Source of the DNA: Prevotella sp. | GTDB lineage: Bacteria; Bacteroidota; Bacteroidia; Bacteroidales; Dysgonomonadaceae | DNA length: 64,000 bases | Assembly (NCBI GenBank): GCA_031285625.1 | Contig: JAITVV010000093.1 | Span: forward strand, 1 to 64,000 | Direction of reading: 5' to 3' | Part shown: in pieces, positions 55,290 through 64,000 of the stretch | How the letters are laid out: the number at the start of each line of letters is the position of its first letter | How positions within the stretch are numbered: position 1 is the stretch's first letter | Notes under the pieces: generated by a model | What the model was told of the DNA's origin: nothing | Seen by the model: the letters and a program-made list of their open reading frames with translations, nothing else | Database searches by the model: none | Position numbers and translations under genes: made by a program

Positions 55290-55732
55290 AGAATATATAG
55301 TTATTTTAAGTTTTATGAAATTTTTGATAGATAAATAAATGATTAGTAATGGGCACTAATAAAACGATCTCTTTCTTTTATATTGAGATAAATTAATCGG
55401 TATAGTGTGCTTTTGAAATCAAAATGCATGGTTAATTCCAATATTTAATGATTTGTAGTGTCATAAAGATAGTAAAACTTCCTAATATAATATAAATAAG
55501 TATATTTATTTTGAATTAATAAATGGAAATCAACTACATACATTTGTTAAATACTGTAAATATGTTTCTTTTAAAGTTTTTTTTTATATATATTTGATAT
55601 AAGACAATACCGAAATACGTAAAATGCCCTTTTTGAAATCTATAGCCTTATAGATTTATCTTTAATACTATCCAGGAGATTGAATTGAAAATAGATATTT
55701 TTTAATTATACAAATCTTAATAGACAAATGCC

Positions 55733-55957
55733 ATGACAAAAGAAGTAGAATCACATGCCGGAAATATACTATCGTTATTGTCCAGTAGCAATAAGAATCT
55801 TTCTATTCGGGAGATTGGAGATCACACAAATTATAGAGATAAAGCTATTTTTCTTGCTTTAGGTTGGCTATTGAGAGAAAATAAGATTGTTTGTTTCGAA
55901 AAAAACGGAGCTCTATGTATAGAATCCAGATCTTATCTAACTGATATTTATTATTAA
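55733..55957 (+). CDS. Small winged-helix protein (DUF2582-like)
   Basis: AG.I..LL, LALGWL.RE.KI motif; TATATTTG box at 55589-55596. Confidence 0.8.
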   Translation: MTKEVESHAGNILSLLSSSNKNLSIREIGDHTNYRDKAIFLALGWLLRENKIVCFEKNGALCIESRSYLTDIYY

Positions 55958-56313
55958 TGAATAAATAGTAGGGATACTGTTTTGATTTATAGAGCAGTAT
56001 CCTTATCCTAATTTCATAGGTTGTATCCAACATTCATAAATATGCAAAATTTGATGAAAGAACAAAAAAACTTTTGGAAGAGAAAGATAATATCAATATT
56101 CGCCTTGCTTATATAATTGAAGAATTATGCTCTGATGACTTTTCGCTTGATGATGAAATTGAAGTGAATACCCCTGAGAATAAAATTGAAATATTTGTTT
56201 GACGCCAATATATAATCTTCTGATATAATGAAATAGTTGATTTTAACTCAAACTTTATTAACTTTGTATCTCAATAAGATCAAAGAATATTTATCATCAA
56301 AAAACATAGGTTA

Positions 56314-57096
56314 ATGAAAAAAATGCTGGATTTGGTTGTCACTCAGAATGAACAACTAAACCAAAACTATTGTCTCATTAAGCTCACCACCACAGATAAT
56401 ACACCATTGCCGGAAATGTACCCCGGGCAGTTTGTAGAAGTAAGAGTCGATGGCTCCCAATCCACTTATCTAAGACGCCCCATATCAGTAAATTTTGTTG
56501 ATAAGCAAAATAATGAATTGTGGCTGCTTGTTCAGGTCATTGGGGATGGTACCAGAAAAATGAGCGAATATAAGAAGGGTGAACTTATAAATCTATTATT
56601 ACCACTTGGTAATACATTTTCTATTCCTTCTCTGAATTCCGATCAGGAAGTATTGCTAATAGGTGGAGGTGTTGGTACTGCACCCATGCTTTTCTTAGGA
56701 TCTTGCCTCAAAGAAAAAGGTTACACGCCAAAATTTCTTCTAGGTGCCAGATCAAAAAATGATTTGCTTCAACTGGATGATTTCAGAAAGTATGGTGAAT
56801 TATTTTGTACTACCGAGGATGGCAGTTTTGGAGAAAAAGGATATGTAACAGATCATTCAGTGTTAAAAAATACTCGTTTTTCACAGATTTACACTTGCGG
56901 ACCCAAGCCTATGATGATGGCTGTAGCCAGATATGCAAATGTAAACCAGATAGAGTGTGAAGTTTCATTGGAAAACGTTATGGCATGCGGATTTGGAGTA
57001 TGTTTATGTTGTGTAGAGAAAACGCGCGAAGGGAATGTCTGTGTATGTACAGATGGTCCCGTATTTAATATAAAAAAGTTAACATGGATAAGCTAA
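56314..57096 (+). CDS. pyrK: Dihydroorotate dehydrogenase electron transfer subunit
   Basis: [41 protein letters not shown]; TAACTTTG box at 56259-56266. Confidence 0.93.
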   Translation: MKKMLDLVVTQNEQLNQNYCLIKLTTTDNTPLPEMYPGQFVEVRVDGSQSTYLRRPISVNFVDKQNNELWLLVQVIGDGTRKMSEYKKGELINLLLPLGNTFSIPSLNSDQEVLLIGGGVGTAPMLFLGSCLKEKGYTPKFLLGARSKNDLLQLDDFRKYGELFCTTEDGSFGEKGYVTDHSVLKNTRFSQIYTCGPKPMMMAVARYANVNQIECEVSLENVMACGFGVCLCCVEKTREGNVCVCTDGPVFNIKKLTWIS

Positions 57097-57995
57097 CTGT
57101 AAACATTGGAGATTTACATTTGAAGAACCCGGTAATGACTGCTTCGGGCACTTTCGGGTATGGAAAAGAGTATTCTGATTTTATTGACTTGCCGCGAATT
57201 GGTGGTATTTTTGTAAAAGGAACTACTATTCGCGAGCGACAGGGTAACGACTATCCTCGAATGGCAGAAACTCCATCCGGTATGCTGAATGCAGTAGGCT
57301 TACAAAATAAAGGTGTTGATTATTTTATTTCCAATATATATCCGGAGATAAAAGATATAGATACAAATATTATAGTAAATGTATCCGGATCTACTATCGA
57401 AGATTATGTAGAATGTTCACAGCGATTAGCCGATTTGGATAAAGTACCTGCTATCGAATTAAATATTTCATGCCCGAATGTAAAGGAAGGCGGTATGGCA
57501 TTTGGGACTTCAGCTTGTTCTGCATCGGAGGTAACAAAGGCAGTACGCGAAGTATGGAAAAAGACTCTTATTGTGAAACTTTCTCCTAATGTTACTGATA
57601 TTACCGAAATAGCAAAGGCTGTGGAGGGCGAAGGAGCTGATGCCGTTTCACTTATAAATACTCTTTTGGGTATGGCAATAGATATAAACAAGAGACGTCC
57701 TGTATTATCCACAGTTACAGGAGGTTTGTCCGGCCCATGTGTAAAACCTGTAGCTTTAAGAATGGTATGGCAAACTTATAATGCTGTAAAAATTCCAGTA
57801 ATAGGTATGGGGGGAATATCTTCATGGCAAGATGCAATTGAATTTATACTTGCCGGTTCTTCAGCAATACAGATAGGAACCCATAATTTTATAGATCCGA
57901 CAATCTCGGTTAAGGTCGTTGACGGGATAAGGGAATATCTTGATAGAAACAATATAGGTTCTATAAACGAACTGGTAGGAAGCTTACAGATATAA
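57084..57995 (+). CDS. pyrD: Dihydroorotate dehydrogenase B catalytic subunit
   Basis: [37 protein letters not shown]. Confidence 0.95.
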   Translation: MDKLTVNIGDLHLKNPVMTASGTFGYGKEYSDFIDLPRIGGIFVKGTTIRERQGNDYPRMAETPSGMLNAVGLQNKGVDYFISNIYPEIKDIDTNIIVNVSGSTIEDYVECSQRLADLDKVPAIELNISCPNVKEGGMAFGTSACSASEVTKAVREVWKKTLIVKLSPNVTDITEIAKAVEGEGADAVSLINTLLGMAIDINKRRPVLSTVTGGLSGPCVKPVALRMVWQTYNAVKIPVIGMGGISSWQDAIEFILAGSSAIQIGTHNFIDPTISVKVVDGIREYLDRNNIGSINELVGSLQI

Positions 57996-58014
57996 TCGAT
58001 TACTTATTATATAA

Positions 58015-58050
58015 AATAAAAAACCCGATAAAAATATCGGGTTTTTTATT
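58015..58050. terminator. Bidirectional intrinsic terminator between pyrD and rpsP
   Basis: Perfect 16-bp inverted repeat AATAAAAAACCCGATA/TATCGGGTTTTTTATT. Confidence 0.85.
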
Positions 58051-58068
58051 TATGCTGTATATTAGATA

Positions 58069-58674
58069 TTATTCAGCACTTTTTTCTTCAGCAGGAGTTT
58101 CTGTTTCAGTTGCTGCAGGAGCCTCTTCTGGAGTCTCAGCAACTGGTGCTTCTACTGTTTCTGCTTCTTCAGCAGGAGCAGCTTCGGCCTCAGCCTCTGC
58201 TTGTGCAGCATTTTCTTCTGCTTTCTTTTGAGCTACAGCTTCTGCTCTTGCCTTATTAGCTGCTTTTTCAGCATCTAAACGAGCTTTTGCATCAGCCTGA
58301 GCCTTAGTTTGGTTTTTGTTGATGACAGCCTGAGTACCTTTTTCTTTCTCTTCTTTCCAAGCTTCAAATTTCTTTTCAGCATCAGCTTCAGAGAAAGCAC
58401 CTTTAGCAACACCACCAAGAAGGTGTTTCTTTAATAAAACTCCTTGTTCAGAAAGTATGTTACGTGTAGTGTCAGTAGGTTGAGCACCAACTTGTAACCA
58501 GTACAAAGCCCTATCGAAATTTATAGTTATTGTAGCAGGATTGGTATTCGGATTATACGAACCAACTTTTTCAATAAATTTTCCATCACGTGGAGCTCTG
58601 CTATCTGCAATGACGATGTGGTAAAAAGGATAACCTTTACGTCCTCGTCTTTGTAAACGGATCTTTGTAGCCAT
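58069..58674 (-). CDS. rpsP: 30S ribosomal protein S16 with Ala/Glu-rich C-terminal tail
   Basis: [28 protein letters not shown]; TATCTTTG box at 58722-58729. Confidence 0.97.
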   Translation of the reverse strand: MATKIRLQRRGRKGYPFYHIVIADSRAPRDGKFIEKVGSYNPNTNPATITINFDRALYWLQVGAQPTDTTRNILSEQGVLLKKHLLGGVAKGAFSEADAEKKFEAWKEEKEKGTQAVINKNQTKAQADAKARLDAEKAANKARAEAVAQKKAEENAAQAEAEAEAAPAEEAETVEAPVAETPEEAPAATETETPAEEKSAE

Positions 58675-58923
58675 TTTCTTTCTAGTTAATTTTAATTATA
58701 CATAATTGTTATTAGCGGCTGCAAAGATAGAAATAAGTTTTTGTTATACAATAAAATATCTGCAGTCTTTTCAAACTATTGATCTTATTTTTAATTTCTT
58801 TGTTCCAATTTATATACCTCAATTGTGAATACATGTTATTTTTTGTAAATATACCTAATCGGTTTTATTACCAATAATGATCTATAAATGTGTTTGTTCT
58901 ATTTTTGGGTATAACACACTTTT

Positions 58924-60408
58924 TTGATGCTAAAGAAATATACATATATCATTCTTTTTCTTGGAATTACTATTTTTTGTAATGCACAAATTCCCATGCG
59001 GCAGCAAGTAGCTACACCAAAAGAGGCAGATTCGTTAGATATAGCTTACTATTCTAAAAAAAAGAAATGGTTTCATGCCGGAGCTACTGCATTTAGTGTC
59101 AACATGGGTGTGTGGGCTTTCGACAGATATATTCAGAAAGGACATTTTGCATATATCAGCATGAATACAGTGAGAGAGAATTTCAGAAAAGGATTTATTT
59201 GGGATAATGATTATATGGGCACAAATATGTTCCTGCACCCATACCATGGCAACTTATACTTCAATGCAGGACGGGCAAATGGACTTAATTATTGGGAATC
59301 GGGAGCATTAGCGTTAGGGGGAAGTGCGATGTGGGAGCTCTTTATGGAGTGTGAGTATCCTTCTACAAACGATATTATAGCAACTCCTATAGGCGGAATG
59401 GCCTTGGGAGAAGTATTATTCAGAACCTCAGATTTAATTTTGGACGATAGACGTACTGGTTCTTCCCGTTTCGGACAGGAACTGGCAGCATTTATAATAG
59501 CCCCAACCCGTGGTTTGACGCGTATTATCAATGGGGATGCATGGCGAAAACGTCCCACATCAGGAAAACAGTTCGGAGTACCGGATGTAAGTGTGGAAGT
59601 ATCTATGGGTATTAGAGCTTTGGAACTAAAAGATCAGATATTTGATAAGGGACTTGGTTTTGCTACCAATATCAATGTTGAGTACGGAGACCGGTATGAA
59701 GCTGAAACAAATAAACCCTACGACTATTTCACTTTCAAGGCTAATTTAAATGGTCAGGGTTCTCAGCCGTTAATCAGCCAGTTGAATATTACAGGGCGGC
59801 TATATTCTACCGAAATAATAAATAACTCAAAGGATTTTCTGAGCCTTGGAGTTTATCAACATTATGATTATTACGACTCGGATACAATATCTGATGTTTC
59901 TGCCAGAGTACCTTACAAGTTTTGTACTCCTGCTTCATTTGGATTAGGGCTGATACATAAGAGTAAGCGATTCAAAGACTGGGATTTTAATTCATACTTT
60001 CATTTTAATGGTATCTTATTAGGAGCTTCATTAAGTGACCATTATGTTGTAAATGACCGTAATTATAATCTGGCTGCCGGTTTTAGCTGGCAAAGCGGAG
60101 TTAGTATTGCTTATAAAGATATTATAAGTGTATCAAGTAGTTATGAGGGATATCGTATGTTTACCTGGAAAGGATACGACAAAGACATAAATTGGGAGAT
60201 CGTGAATGAAAAAACATTAGATGCCCAAGGAGATCATTCACAAGCTATATTGCATGCTATTTCCCTAAGGGTGGATCTGAAATTGAAAAATCAATTTTAT
60301 CTGACAGCAATAGGTTATAATTACACACGTGATACAAATTATAAGTATTTCGATAATGTGTTTTCCAAGACATCCGAAGGGCGTCTCATGCTTACTTATA
60401 AGTTTTGA
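58924..60408 (+). CDS. DUF3943-like outer-membrane protein
   Basis: Signal peptide, WDND...N.FLHPYHG.LYF..GR.NG, WE...E.PS.ND...TP.GG...GE; terminal Phe. Confidence 0.7.
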   Translation: MMLKKYTYIILFLGITIFCNAQIPMRQQVATPKEADSLDIAYYSKKKKWFHAGATAFSVNMGVWAFDRYIQKGHFAYISMNTVRENFRKGFIWDNDYMGTNMFLHPYHGNLYFNAGRANGLNYWESGALALGGSAMWELFMECEYPSTNDIIATPIGGMALGEVLFRTSDLILDDRRTGSSRFGQELAAFIIAPTRGLTRIINGDAWRKRPTSGKQFGVPDVSVEVSMGIRALELKDQIFDKGLGFATNINVEYGDRYEAETNKPYDYFTFKANLNGQGSQPLISQLNITGRLYSTEIINNSKDFLSLGVYQHYDYYDSDTISDVSARVPYKFCTPASFGLGLIHKSKRFKDWDFNSYFHFNGILLGASLSDHYVVNDRNYNLAAGFSWQSGVSIAYKDIISVSSSYEGYRMFTWKGYDKDINWEIVNEKTLDAQGDHSQAILHAISLRVDLKLKNQFYLTAIGYNYTRDTNYKYFDNVFSKTSEGRLMLTYKF

Positions 60409-60419
60409 TGTCTAAATAA

Positions 60420-63400
60420 TCAAACAATTTCATTTATTTCTCCCAATATCATACAAGCCGTTTCTACATTAGGTACACTCTGAATGCTTACCGAACGTTT
60501 TCCATTTCTGTCTTTCAATTCGCATTTACGGGGATATTTCTGTATATAATCCAGCAGTTTATCAAATGCTTTTGACTGATAATATGGTGAATCCGGATTT
60601 GAAACAAGGAATAAACTCATACGTCCACTCTTAAGGACGACTTTCTCTATTCCCAATGTTTTGGCTAAAGCCTGGAGTTTAACCACCATAATAAGTTCCC
60701 TGCCTTCTTGTGGAATTTTCCCGAAACGATCTTCAAGACGTTCTACAAATTTATTTGTATCAGACTCTTTTTCCATGTTATCGAGTTCGCGATATAATGT
60801 AATACGCTCCGAATCATTGGGAATATAAAGTGCAGGAAAGAGTAGTTCCAGATCACTTTCTATCTGCACATCCTCTACAAAGTTTTCCCCGGAAATCTTA
60901 TTATCTTCATCTGTTTCGTGGTAAAGTGCGGCAAATTCATCGTTCTTAAGTTCATTAACTGCCTCTGTAAGGATTTTCTGATATACCTCATATCCCAGAT
61001 CTGCAATAAACCCGCTTTGCTCTGCTCCGAGTAAGTTGCCTGCTCCGCGAATATCCAAATCCTGCATGGCGATATGGAAACCGTGCCCGAGCTCAGAGAA
61101 GTTTTCAATAGCCTGTAGCCGCCTTCTGGCTTCTGGGGTTAGTGTGTGTAATGGCGGTGCCAGCAGGTATGCAAATGCTTTTTTATTACTACGGCCCACA
61201 CGTCCACGGAGTTGATGCAAGTCACTCAACCCGAAATTCTGAGCATTGTTTACTATAATTGTATTGGCATTCGGGATATCGATACCCGATTCGATAATAG
61301 AAGTTGCTACCAATAGGTCATACTCATGATTTACAAAGTCAATAATAATAGATTCCAGCTTTGCCGGATCCATTTGTCCATGCCCCACTGCAATACGCGC
61401 ATCTGGCACTTCCCGTTTGATAATTTCTTCTAATTCGTATATGTTTTTTATACGGTTATTGATGAAAAAGACCTGCCCGTTGCGGCTCATCTCAAATTCA
61501 ATGGCTTCACGTATTATAAGGGGGTCGAAGGTATGTACCTCTGTTTGTATCGGATAACGGTTTGGCGGTGGAGTAGTTATTGAAGACAGATCTCTGGCAC
61601 CCATCAGTGAAAACTGCAATGTGCGCGGGATCGGTGTGGCGGTCATTGTCAGAGTGTCTACATTAGACTTCATTTGTTTAAGCTTCTCTTTTACTGCTAC
61701 TCCGAATTTTTGTTCTTCATCTATAATCAGCAATCCCAGATCTTTAAATTGTATATCTTTACCCACAATACGATGTGTACCGATAAGTATATCTATTTTT
61801 CCTTCTTTGAGATCTTTCAGTATTTCTTTTATTTGTCCGGCAGTACGTGCCCTGCTGATATAGTCGACACGGCAAGGGAAATCTTTTAACCGCTCTTTAA
61901 ATGTTTGATAATGCTGATATGCCAAAACGGTTGTAGGAACCAAAACGGCTACTTGTTTATTATCAGTCACAGCCTTGAAAGCTGCACGAATAGAAACTTC
62001 AGTCTTACCAAAGCCAACATCTCCACATATAAGGCGGTCCATTGGTTTGCTGTTCTCCATATCATGCTTAACGTCTGCTGTGGCTTTTACCTGATCGGGA
62101 GTATCTTCGTAGATAAATGATGCTTCAAGCTCATTCTGGAGGAAAGAGTCGGGAGAAAATGTAAAACCTTCTTCCTGACGGCGTTTAGCATATAATTGAA
62201 TCAGATCCCGGGCAATATCTTTAACCTTACTTTTGGTCTTTTCCTTGATCTTATTCCATGCTCCGGTACCTAATTTATTTATACGTGGAGGTTCGCCTTC
62301 TTTCCCCCTGTATTTCGATATTTTATGTAGAGAGTGAAGGGAAACGAAGATAACATCGTTATTGAGGTAAATTAGTTTTATTAATTCCTGCATCTTTCCA
62401 TTCATATCGGAACGGACAAGGCCTCCGAACTGTCCCACACCATGATCTATATGTACAATATAATCCCCGATCTGGAATTGTTGTAATTCTTTTAACGATA
62501 ATGCAAATTTACCGGAACGCACTCTGTCTGATTTCAGATTGTATTTGTGGTAACGGTCGAAAATCTGATGGTCTGTAAAACAACAGATTCTCAATGTTTC
62601 ATCCAGAAAACCATCTGACAGTGTTCTCTCCACAGGTATAAAGTCTATATTATCTCCTCTGTCTTCAAATATAGATTGCAACCGTTTTTGCTGCTTTTCA
62701 CTATCACTCAGGATATAGATTTTGTAATCTTTATCAATATATTTATGAAAAGTCTCACTGATCAGGTCGAAATTCTTGTGAAATGAAGGTTGTATATCTG
62801 TCTTAAACTCAATTACAGCTTCAGAATGTATTTTATTTCCAAAATGAACATGCTTGAATGTAGATATTAGACTTTCGTATTCGCCTCTGGTTGTTAATTT
62901 ATTCTGTATATCTTTCTCATATTCAGGATTATCTAGTATAGCAGAATCATTGTATATACTATCTACTTTGTCGCCTGCCCATACAAAATCTTTAAATGCA
63001 ATAACTGTATCCTGAGGAATTAGTTTTAAAAGAGAAGCTCGCTCCAGATTTGATTTTTGCATATCGGGAATTATTTGTATCTGTTGCAGTTTCTCTTTTG
63101 ATAGCTGAGTTTCTATATCAAAAGTGCGGATTGTGCTTACTTCATCGCCAAAAAAGTCGACACGGTATGGGAATTCACTCGAAAAAGAAAAAACATCCAG
63201 AATACTACCACGAATAGCATATTGTCCTGGTTCGTAAACATAATCTACATACTCAAAACCGAAGGTATCCAGCATTTCAGACACAAAATCCCTGTCAATT
63301 TCTTCATCAACAGACATTTGTATTGTATTCTTTTTCAGAACATCTTTAGCTACAGCCTTTTCGGCTAATGCTTCCGGATATGTTACAATAATAAGGTGCT

Positions 63401-63746
63401 TCTCCCGGATCTGTAACTGTCCCATTACTTCTGTACGAAGTATTTCATTAGCGGCATCTATCTGCCCGTATTTAATAGCTCTCTTGTATGCTGAAGGGAA
63501 AAATAAGACCTTATCAGAATCAAGGATCTGATTCAGATCATGATAAAAATAGCCGGCACTTTCCTGATCATTTAAAACAAATAATAGACAATTATCCGTT
63601 TTGTGAAATAATGCTGCGGCAAACATCGATGCAGCCGAGCCTTGCAATCCCTTTACATAAATGTTTTTATATTTGTCTAAAAGGCTTGTTACAGCTGTTA
63701 TATTTTTGTGAGTTTCAAAAACTTCTTGTAAAGCTGATAGTTTCAA
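60420..63746 (-). CDS. mfd: Transcription-repair coupling factor
   Basis: RGSILDVFS, VHIDHGVG, DRLICGDVGFGKTEV, DEEQKFG, QLRGRVGR, DLDIRGAG; start moved to TTG 63746 because a TAATTTTG -7 box lies at 63774-63781 inside the longer ORF. Confidence 0.95.
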   Translation of the reverse strand: MKLSALQEVFETHKNITAVTSLLDKYKNIYVKGLQGSAASMFAAALFHKTDNCLLFVLNDQESAGYFYHDLNQILDSDKVLFFPSAYKRAIKYGQIDAANEILRTEVMGQLQIREKHLIIVTYPEALAEKAVAKDVLKKNTIQMSVDEEIDRDFVSEMLDTFGFEYVDYVYEPGQYAIRGSILDVFSFSSEFPYRVDFFGDEVSTIRTFDIETQLSKEKLQQIQIIPDMQKSNLERASLLKLIPQDTVIAFKDFVWAGDKVDSIYNDSAILDNPEYEKDIQNKLTTRGEYESLISTFKHVHFGNKIHSEAVIEFKTDIQPSFHKNFDLISETFHKYIDKDYKIYILSDSEKQQKRLQSIFEDRGDNIDFIPVERTLSDGFLDETLRICCFTDHQIFDRYHKYNLKSDRVRSGKFALSLKELQQFQIGDYIVHIDHGVGQFGGLVRSDMNGKMQELIKLIYLNNDVIFVSLHSLHKISKYRGKEGEPPRINKLGTGAWNKIKEKTKSKVKDIARDLIQLYAKRRQEEGFTFSPDSFLQNELEASFIYEDTPDQVKATADVKHDMENSKPMDRLICGDVGFGKTEVSIRAAFKAVTDNKQVAVLVPTTVLAYQHYQTFKERLKDFPCRVDYISRARTAGQIKEILKDLKEGKIDILIGTHRIVGKDIQFKDLGLLIIDEEQKFGVAVKEKLKQMKSNVDTLTMTATPIPRTLQFSLMGARDLSSITTPPPNRYPIQTEVHTFDPLIIREAIEFEMSRNGQVFFINNRIKNIYELEEIIKREVPDARIAVGHGQMDPAKLESIIIDFVNHEYDLLVATSIIESGIDIPNANTIIVNNAQNFGLSDLHQLRGRVGRSNKKAFAYLLAPPLHTLTPEARRRLQAIENFSELGHGFHIAMQDLDIRGAGNLLGAEQSGFIADLGYEVYQKILTEAVNELKNDEFAALYHETDEDNKISGENFVEDVQIESDLELLFPALYIPNDSERITLYRELDNMEKESDTNKFVERLEDRFGKIPQEGRELIMVVKLQALAKTLGIEKVVLKSGRMSLFLVSNPDSPYYQSKAFDKLLDYIQKYPRKCELKDRNGKRSVSIQSVPNVETACMILGEINEIV

Positions 63747-63873
63747 AGCAGTAGTAATTATTAATTTGGGATGCAAAATTAATAAAAAGCTACAAATTAT
63801 GTGCCGTTTATGCATATATAAAAGTAACAATCTATTTATAATGCAAATATTTGTTGTACATTATCTTACAAAC

Positions 63874-63923
63874 AAAAGGTGACAAAAGTGACATGTTTTT
63901 ACTATATTTTTCTTGTTACTTTT
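63874..63923 (+). repeat. Dispersed GTRACA three-box element, copy 5
   Basis: AAAAGGTGACAAAAGTGACA-N20-TGTTACTTTT; lone box AAAAGTAACA at 63820. Confidence 0.75.
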
Positions 63924-64000
63924 TTAGATATTTTTGTTATATCAATGATCTTATTATAGATAATTATATACAGATAAATGAATATAGTTGGTAAAAGATA

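Noticed and set aside
58069-58330. Long Ala/Glu-rich tail on S16
   Set aside because: Typical of Bacteroidota S16; not novel.
63747-63830. N-terminal extension of Mfd in the ORF track
   Set aside because: Contains a -7 promoter box; the real start is probably TTG 63746.

Overview
AT-rich Bacteroidota (Bacteroidales, Dysgonomonas-like by inference) chromosomal window. About 1-2.75 kb is a decayed accessory segment: a partial phage-type HTH gene, a REP-like hairpin, a ThiC-like radical-SAM pseudogene coupled to a fragmented membrane-protein gene, and an att-like junction resembling tRNA 3' ends. It is followed by an orphan T6SS spike module (vgrG, extended PAAR, a twice-frameshifted MIX/VasX-like pore-forming effector, and an intact membrane immunity candidate) and an uncharacterised lipoprotein plus helical-repeat gene pair. 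About 13-37 kb is an HTCS-regulated SusC/SusD polysaccharide utilisation locus (GH43_24-GH16, GH2, GH105, DUF2264/GH154, BNR, GH35, GH92), most like arabinogalactan-protein PULs. The rest is core genome: rho, CDF transporter, purH, mreBCD-mrdA-rodA, FecCD-type ABC genes, a frameshifted C69 dipeptidase, an XRE regulator, tnaA, pyrK-pyrD, rpsP, a DUF3943-like OMP and mfd. The most unusual non-coding signals are (i) a dispersed three-box GTRACA element found five times in unrelated intergenic regions with conserved geometry, and (ii) an array of about 14 WACA-N2-TGTW palindromes upstream of the XRE gene. All family calls come from motif recognition by eye; no searches were run.
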